The translations under genes were made by a program, and so were the position numbers. Shown here one piece after another: positions 59,438 through 64,000 of a DNA stretch of 64,000 nt. Where the stretch lies: positions 6,560,001 to 6,624,000 of the forward strand of contig OZ240241.1 in assembly GCA_965198115.1 (NCBI GenBank), in the 5' to 3' direction. The notes under the pieces are model-generated. The model was not told the DNA's origin, ran no database searches, and saw only the letters and a list, made by a program, of their open reading frames with translations. This DNA comes from Candidatus Latescibacterota bacterium. GTDB taxonomy: Bacteria > Latescibacterota > UBA2968. The stretch's first letter is position 1. Every line of letters begins with the position of its first letter.

Positions 59438-60252
59438 CTTGTGATTGGCTCGAAGGTCCGTCGAAACGTTAGGGAAGCCCAGAGACTCTTCCAGTCGGCA
59501 TCCAACGTGGGCGGGGCTTGAACCATGTGGACGGTGGTGATCATCCAGACCCCTTCCCGATCGAGAGAGAGATCGACCAGCCCCGAGGCATCCGTTTTCG
59601 ACACGACGAACGCTTCCAAATCGTGCTCGTGGATGGCCGCGACCTGGATTCCATTCACCGGCGTACCTTCGAATAGAACACGCACCGGAAGATCCTCACC
59701 TTGCACGAGACTGTAGGGATTTCGTTGCGGAACGATCTCCAGGTCGAAACCAAGAAGCCGATCGTGTCCAGGTCCGGTTTTCGAACCGCACTGGAGAAGG
59801 GTTTTGGCGAACCTGGCATAGGCCTCTCGCCCAGGCTTCGCAGACTCGCCTCTTTCTACGCGTGTTCGAACGATCTGATGGAGACCGACGTCGTTCAGGT
59901 AGGTTTCGAACGCGCTCGCTTCCATCTGCAAGTTTGTATGCGCGCTGCGATAGCCGATGATGCACAGCCCTTCCTGTCTCGCTCGGAACCAACCCGCAGG
60001 ACTTCCACCCAGCGTTCCATCGATTGAGCGGCTCCCCAGCGGATCAGCGACGACGAATTCAGACAGGTGATACGGATCGCGCGGAAACGCCGTTCCGATA
60101 AAGTGATCACCGACCCTCAGAGTGAGTTCAACGACGTCGTCCGGATTCGGTGTGAAATCGGATGGCTCGATCCAGAAGTCGTGGGCAGACACTGGTCCGA
60201 CCCACGCGATGAGTGCCAAGATGGAGAGCAGCGAGCCTATGTTGTGTTTCAT
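59434..60252 (-). CDS. DUF4198 domain periplasmic protein
   Basis: Signal peptide then AHDFWIEP, LEIVP..NPY, WKSLWASLTF. Confidence 0.88.
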   Translation of the reverse strand: MKHNIGSLLSILALIAWVGPVSAHDFWIEPSDFTPNPDDVVELTLRVGDHFIGTAFPRDPYHLSEFVVADPLGSRSIDGTLGGSPAGWFRARQEGLCIIGYRSAHTNLQMEASAFETYLNDVGLHQIVRTRVERGESAKPGREAYARFAKTLLQCGSKTGPGHDRLLGFDLEIVPQRNPYSLVQGEDLPVRVLFEGTPVNGIQVAAIHEHDLEAFVVSKTDASGLVDLSLDREGVWMITTVHMVQAPPTLDADWKSLWASLTFRRTFEPITR

Positions 60253-60328
60253 GGCCGATCCAGGTTGATGGACGCGGGAACCGATGACGGCAATCGCCTC
60301 TCCGTCTCCTGTTCCCGCGCCAGGTGGA

Positions 60329-62370
60329 TTATTTGATCAAGAGCATTCGACGGACTACGTTGCCACGACTCCCCTCGAGGCCACGACTCCCCTCGAGTCG
60401 GTAAAAGTAGAGACCCGAAGAGACCGCGTTGCCGAGACCGTCGCGCCCGTCCCAGCGAACCACCCGATCACCGGCAGTCTGGTATCCTTCGACGAGCGTT
60501 CGAACGGTCTGACCCAGGGCATTGTAGATGATGAGTCGAACGTTGTCTGCCTCAGCCAGCCGGTATCGAATCGTCGTCTCCGGGTTGAACGGGTTCGGAA
60601 CATTCTGATCGAGGAGCACGTAGCTTCCCGTGACGGATGCCCGATCCACCTTTGCTGTCTGGCCGATCTGGAGCGTTACCGTATGACGATCTCCACCGTT
60701 GATCGGGATACTCGACCAACTTCCCATCACCTCACCCGTTGTCGGATCGACCAACCGGGCCTGATAGTGACCGTTGGGCAACTTGCCGTCCGAACCGGTG
60801 ATGACGATGTCGGCCAACCCCTGGTCGTCCGTCAACCCTACCCAGCCATATGTGGGCGCGCGTCCCGATACCGAACGGGCGAATTGAACTTCCAGTTCGG
60901 GCGCAACGGAGGCACCTGTCTGGTCGAGCACCGCGGCAGCGACGAATGCCTGAGTGGCTTGCGGACGAAAAGTGCCGGGCGTTCGAGGTTCCGTCCTGTT
61001 GTGGCGGTGGCTGAAGCCCTGGTGGGGTTCTGAAACGTAGGGAAACACGCTCAAGAATTTTCGATCGTTCCTGTCGACACCATCCCCGAGCAAATTATTG
61101 GGCTCGATGTTGAACCCGTCGACGAGGACGCCGGCGACCGCTCGGAGAGCGATGTCGACGACGTCGTCTTCGAGCCTGCGACCGTTCGGGAACCCGGCAA
61201 GGTCACCAGCCACGACGCCGAGGGGATTGGGATCGGCGCTCGGAGCCACGGCCACATTCAGCCTGATCTGTTCGGAGGCGACGACGCTCGGCGGTTGGTT
61301 CAGGCCTGGGACACCAGTGAGAAAGACCTGAACGAGGTCATCCCGGGGTGCAGATGGGACGCTGACGCCGTAGAGGAGATTCAGGAGTGCGGCCGGCTCC
61401 GGATCGGTGACGTGTTCGAGGAACTGGCCGTCGTCACCGACTTGAGAGGCGTTCCAGAGGTCCTTCTGCCCGAGTGGGAGCACGATTTCGTTGACGAGCG
61501 GAGAGCCGAGGCGCGATACCTGCACGAAATCGCCGGAAGCGACATCGTCCGCGTCGGTACTTCGTGTCGTTGTCGATGGCCTGCTGGCCGTGGCCCATAC
61601 ACCGATGACGGCGGCTGGATCGTCGAGCGCGGTGGGTGTCGAACCGTCGTTCGTGAGCAGGTCGATGGAAACCTGGAGGGCGATCGTGTGACAATTGTAG
61701 CCCGCCAGCCCGTCGACGCCGCCTCCACGATGTCCGGGCGCACCCGGTCTGATCGTGAGGAGGTCGAAGATTCCACCCAGGTCGACGAAGAACGGATCGT
61801 CGCGCGGACCCACGAAGACTTTCGTCCCATCGGAAAGATCGTGAACAGCCGCTTCAGCGAGGTCTGCGTAGTTCGTGATCGATGCGGGACCGACGTTGAT
61901 CGGAGCGGTGATCAGGCCGGATGCAAGCACCGTCTCTCCGCTGTCGTCGATACGCGTGATCGTGTAGGTCTGCTGAACGTTGAGGTTGGCGTCCGTTGGG
62001 GATGAGATCCCACCGACGTTGTAGAGGAACGTGTTCGGGTTGCCCGTCGTGGTGTTGAACGCAAATCGGTAGGCGATGTGGCTTTGTGCGTCGCCTACGT
62101 TGTCGACGTGGATCGTGTAGCGAGCATTATCGCTGAATCGGAAAAAGTTGGGTGCCCCGGCCGGATCCTCGAACGGGATGTAGTTGGCGATCAGTGTGAC
62201 CGTGCCGGGTTGGTCGGGACTGACGAATGCGTAGACGTCGGTATTGTCGACAGATGGGTCGGTACTGATCGTGGGGGCTTCCCGGTGGCTGGATGCGAGC
62301 GTCGTCGTCGCGAGAAAAACCCCGACACCACGATCGCGAATGCCCTTGAAAGTGCCTTGGTCGATTTCAT
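60329..62370 (-). CDS. DUF4331 protein with C-terminal FlgD-Ig domain; frameshift in the signal peptide at ~62319
   Basis: SSHREAP, RDDPFFVDL, FPNGRR, QNVPNPFNPET. Confidence 0.85.
60362..60397. repeat. Perfect 18-bp tandem duplication
   Basis: gccacgactcccctcgag x2, encoding LEGSRG twice. Confidence 0.95.
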
Positions 62371-62411
62371 TCCATTCTCCGTTTTTTAATTATCCGAGTC
62401 GGGCGCTGCTT

Positions 62412-63809
62412 CTATCGACGGGGTTCGCGTCTGTGCTTCGTGTGTTCGAAGCCCTGATGGGCGGCTGCGACGTAGGGAAAGGACCTGCGGAAAGGCCGAT
62501 CGTTTCGATCCACGCCATCGCCCAGTGCATTGTTGGGAGAGATGTTGAATCCCTCGACGAGCACGCCTGCCGCTGCACGAAGCGTGATGTCGACAGAATC
62601 GTCTGACAAGCGACGCCCGTTCGGGTAGCCCGCGAGATCGCCCGCGAGCACACCCAGCCGATTCGGGTTGGCGGCAGGCGGAATGGCAACGTTCAGACGC
62701 ATCTGTTCGGAGGCAGTGACGTTGGTTGGCTGATTCACGCCGGGCACGCCGGTGAGGAAAACCTGAACCAAATCGTCACGCGGTGACGGGGGCACACCGA
62801 TGCCGTAGAGTGCGTTGAGCAACGCTGCGGGCTCGGGGCTGGTTACGAAGGCGAGATACTGGCCGTCGTCGGCGGGCACAGAGCGATTCCATCCATCCTT
62901 GACGGCGAGAGAAAGGACGAGCTCGTTGACGAGCGGGTTTCCCATCCGCGAAACCTGGACCCACTCGCCGGAGGACGACCGGGAGCCGTCGGCGTTGAGC
63001 GTGGTCGTGGCACGGCGCTCCGCCGTCGACCAGATGCCGATGACGGCGGCATCGTCGGTGGCGTCGGTCGGTGTGCTGCCGTCGCTCGTGATGCCGTCGA
63101 TCGGGATCTGCATCGCGATGGCGTGGCAGTTCAGACCGGCCAGGTCGTCCAGACCGCCACCGCTATCTCCAGGTGCGCCCGGTCGGATTGTGAGAAGGTC
63201 GAAGATGGCTCCGAGGTCGACGAAGAATGGATCGTCCGTCGGGCCTGCGAAGAAGATGCCGTCATCGCCCAGGTCGTGGATGGCGGATTGAAAGAGGGTT
63301 TCGTAGTCCGAAGTGCTCGCAGCGCCGACGTTGATCGGCGCTGTGGACAACCCGCTTCCGACTGTGGTTTCGCCCGACGCATCCGAACGTGTGATCGTGT
63401 ATGTCTGGCGCACGTTCAGGTTCGGGTCGGTGACCGATCCGATCGGTCCGACGTTGTAGAGAAACGTGTTGGGGTTGACGACTTCCGATTCGAATTCGAA
63501 CCAGTAGGTCACATCCTCTACGGCATCGCCGTCGTTGTCTATGTAGAGGACGTAGCGGACATCGTCACCGAACTTGTGGAAGTTCGGTCCGCCGGCAGGA
63601 TCCTCGAACGGGATGTAGTTGGAAACGATCGTGACCTTGCTCGGACGGTCGGGGCTGACGAACGCATACAGATCGATGTTGTCTGCATTCGGGTCGGTGC
63701 TGATGGCTGGTGCTTCGCGGTGGCTGGATCCGTGGGTGAGACTCCAGGCGCCAAGCAATGCGAACGCTCCCACCAGGACGAACAAACTGAATACGGTTTT
63801 TCTGACCAT
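62412..63809 (-). CDS. DUF4331 domain secreted protein
   Basis: Signal peptide, SSHREAP, DDPFFVDL, QVSRMGNPLVNE, YPNGRR. Confidence 0.93.
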   Translation of the reverse strand: MVRKTVFSLFVLVGAFALLGAWSLTHGSSHREAPAISTDPNADNIDLYAFVSPDRPSKVTIVSNYIPFEDPAGGPNFHKFGDDVRYVLYIDNDGDAVEDVTYWFEFESEVVNPNTFLYNVGPIGSVTDPNLNVRQTYTITRSDASGETTVGSGLSTAPINVGAASTSDYETLFQSAIHDLGDDGIFFAGPTDDPFFVDLGAIFDLLTIRPGAPGDSGGGLDDLAGLNCHAIAMQIPIDGITSDGSTPTDATDDAAVIGIWSTAERRATTTLNADGSRSSSGEWVQVSRMGNPLVNELVLSLAVKDGWNRSVPADDGQYLAFVTSPEPAALLNALYGIGVPPSPRDDLVQVFLTGVPGVNQPTNVTASEQMRLNVAIPPAANPNRLGVLAGDLAGYPNGRRLSDDSVDITLRAAAGVLVEGFNISPNNALGDGVDRNDRPFRRSFPYVAAAHQGFEHTKHRREPRR

Positions 63810-63885
63810 CCCGACGTCCTCCTACTCGAGTGTGGATAGGCGACGAACCCCGGCGAGTCCGAGAGTCATTGCCCATTCCACCGTA

Positions 63886-63901
63886 GGCAAGCCGTATGCC
63901 A
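63886..63901 (-). promoter_or_regulatory. Sigma54 -24/-12 promoter
   Basis: TGGCATACGGCTTGCC on the minus strand upstream of the DUF4331 operon. Confidence 0.75.
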
Positions 63902-63969
63902 TACCCCGATCGAAACAATAGAGGCTTGTTTTTATACGGCTTACGGTGAGGACGAAGGAATTGGCAGAT

Positions 63970-63987
63970 TGTATAGATGTGTATACA
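63970..63987. promoter_or_regulatory. Palindromic enhancer (TGT-N12-ACA)
   Basis: TGTATA-GATGTG-TATACA, ~70 bp upstream of the -24 box. Confidence 0.6.
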
Positions 63988-64000
63988 GTCTGGTTGCTAT

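Noticed and set aside
1-64000. tRNA, rRNA, prophage or integron
   Set aside because: No cloverleaf, rRNA signature, phage gene or integrase recognised by eye

Overview
GC-rich bacterial window. An FCB-group lineage such as Latescibacterota is inferred from FlgD-Ig tails, a DUF6785-type membrane protein and MacB-type permeases. 1-17 kb: end of rseP and a dcw cluster (mraZ-rsmH-ftsL-ftsI-murE-murF-ftsW-murG-murC-murB-ftsQ-ftsA-ftsZ) lacking mraY, murD and ddl; a perfect (GAACACC)13 array sits where mraY-murD normally lie. 17-30 kb: catabolic oxidoreductases and hydrolases, ybaK, and REC/HDOD regulators. 30-64 kb: accessory, partly eroded region with two IS256 elements, ABC-permease fragments, sigma54-type promoters, iol genes, a GxxExxY nuclease gene and tandem DUF4331 genes. 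Main leads: (1) an ECF/anti-sigma-linked orphan flagellar-switch module whose FliM carries a CheY-like receiver and whose FliG carries a FliF-tail-like helix and has lost the torque charges; (2) a 13.3-kb inversion (30100-43397) splitting one permease into exactly complementary halves; (3) a GxxExxY gene between inverted nonamer arrays, with solo 7/8/9-mer arrays after many stop codons; (4) a ~215-nt, possibly two-state RNA structure inside murF. All protein calls come from motif recognition by eye; no searches were run.
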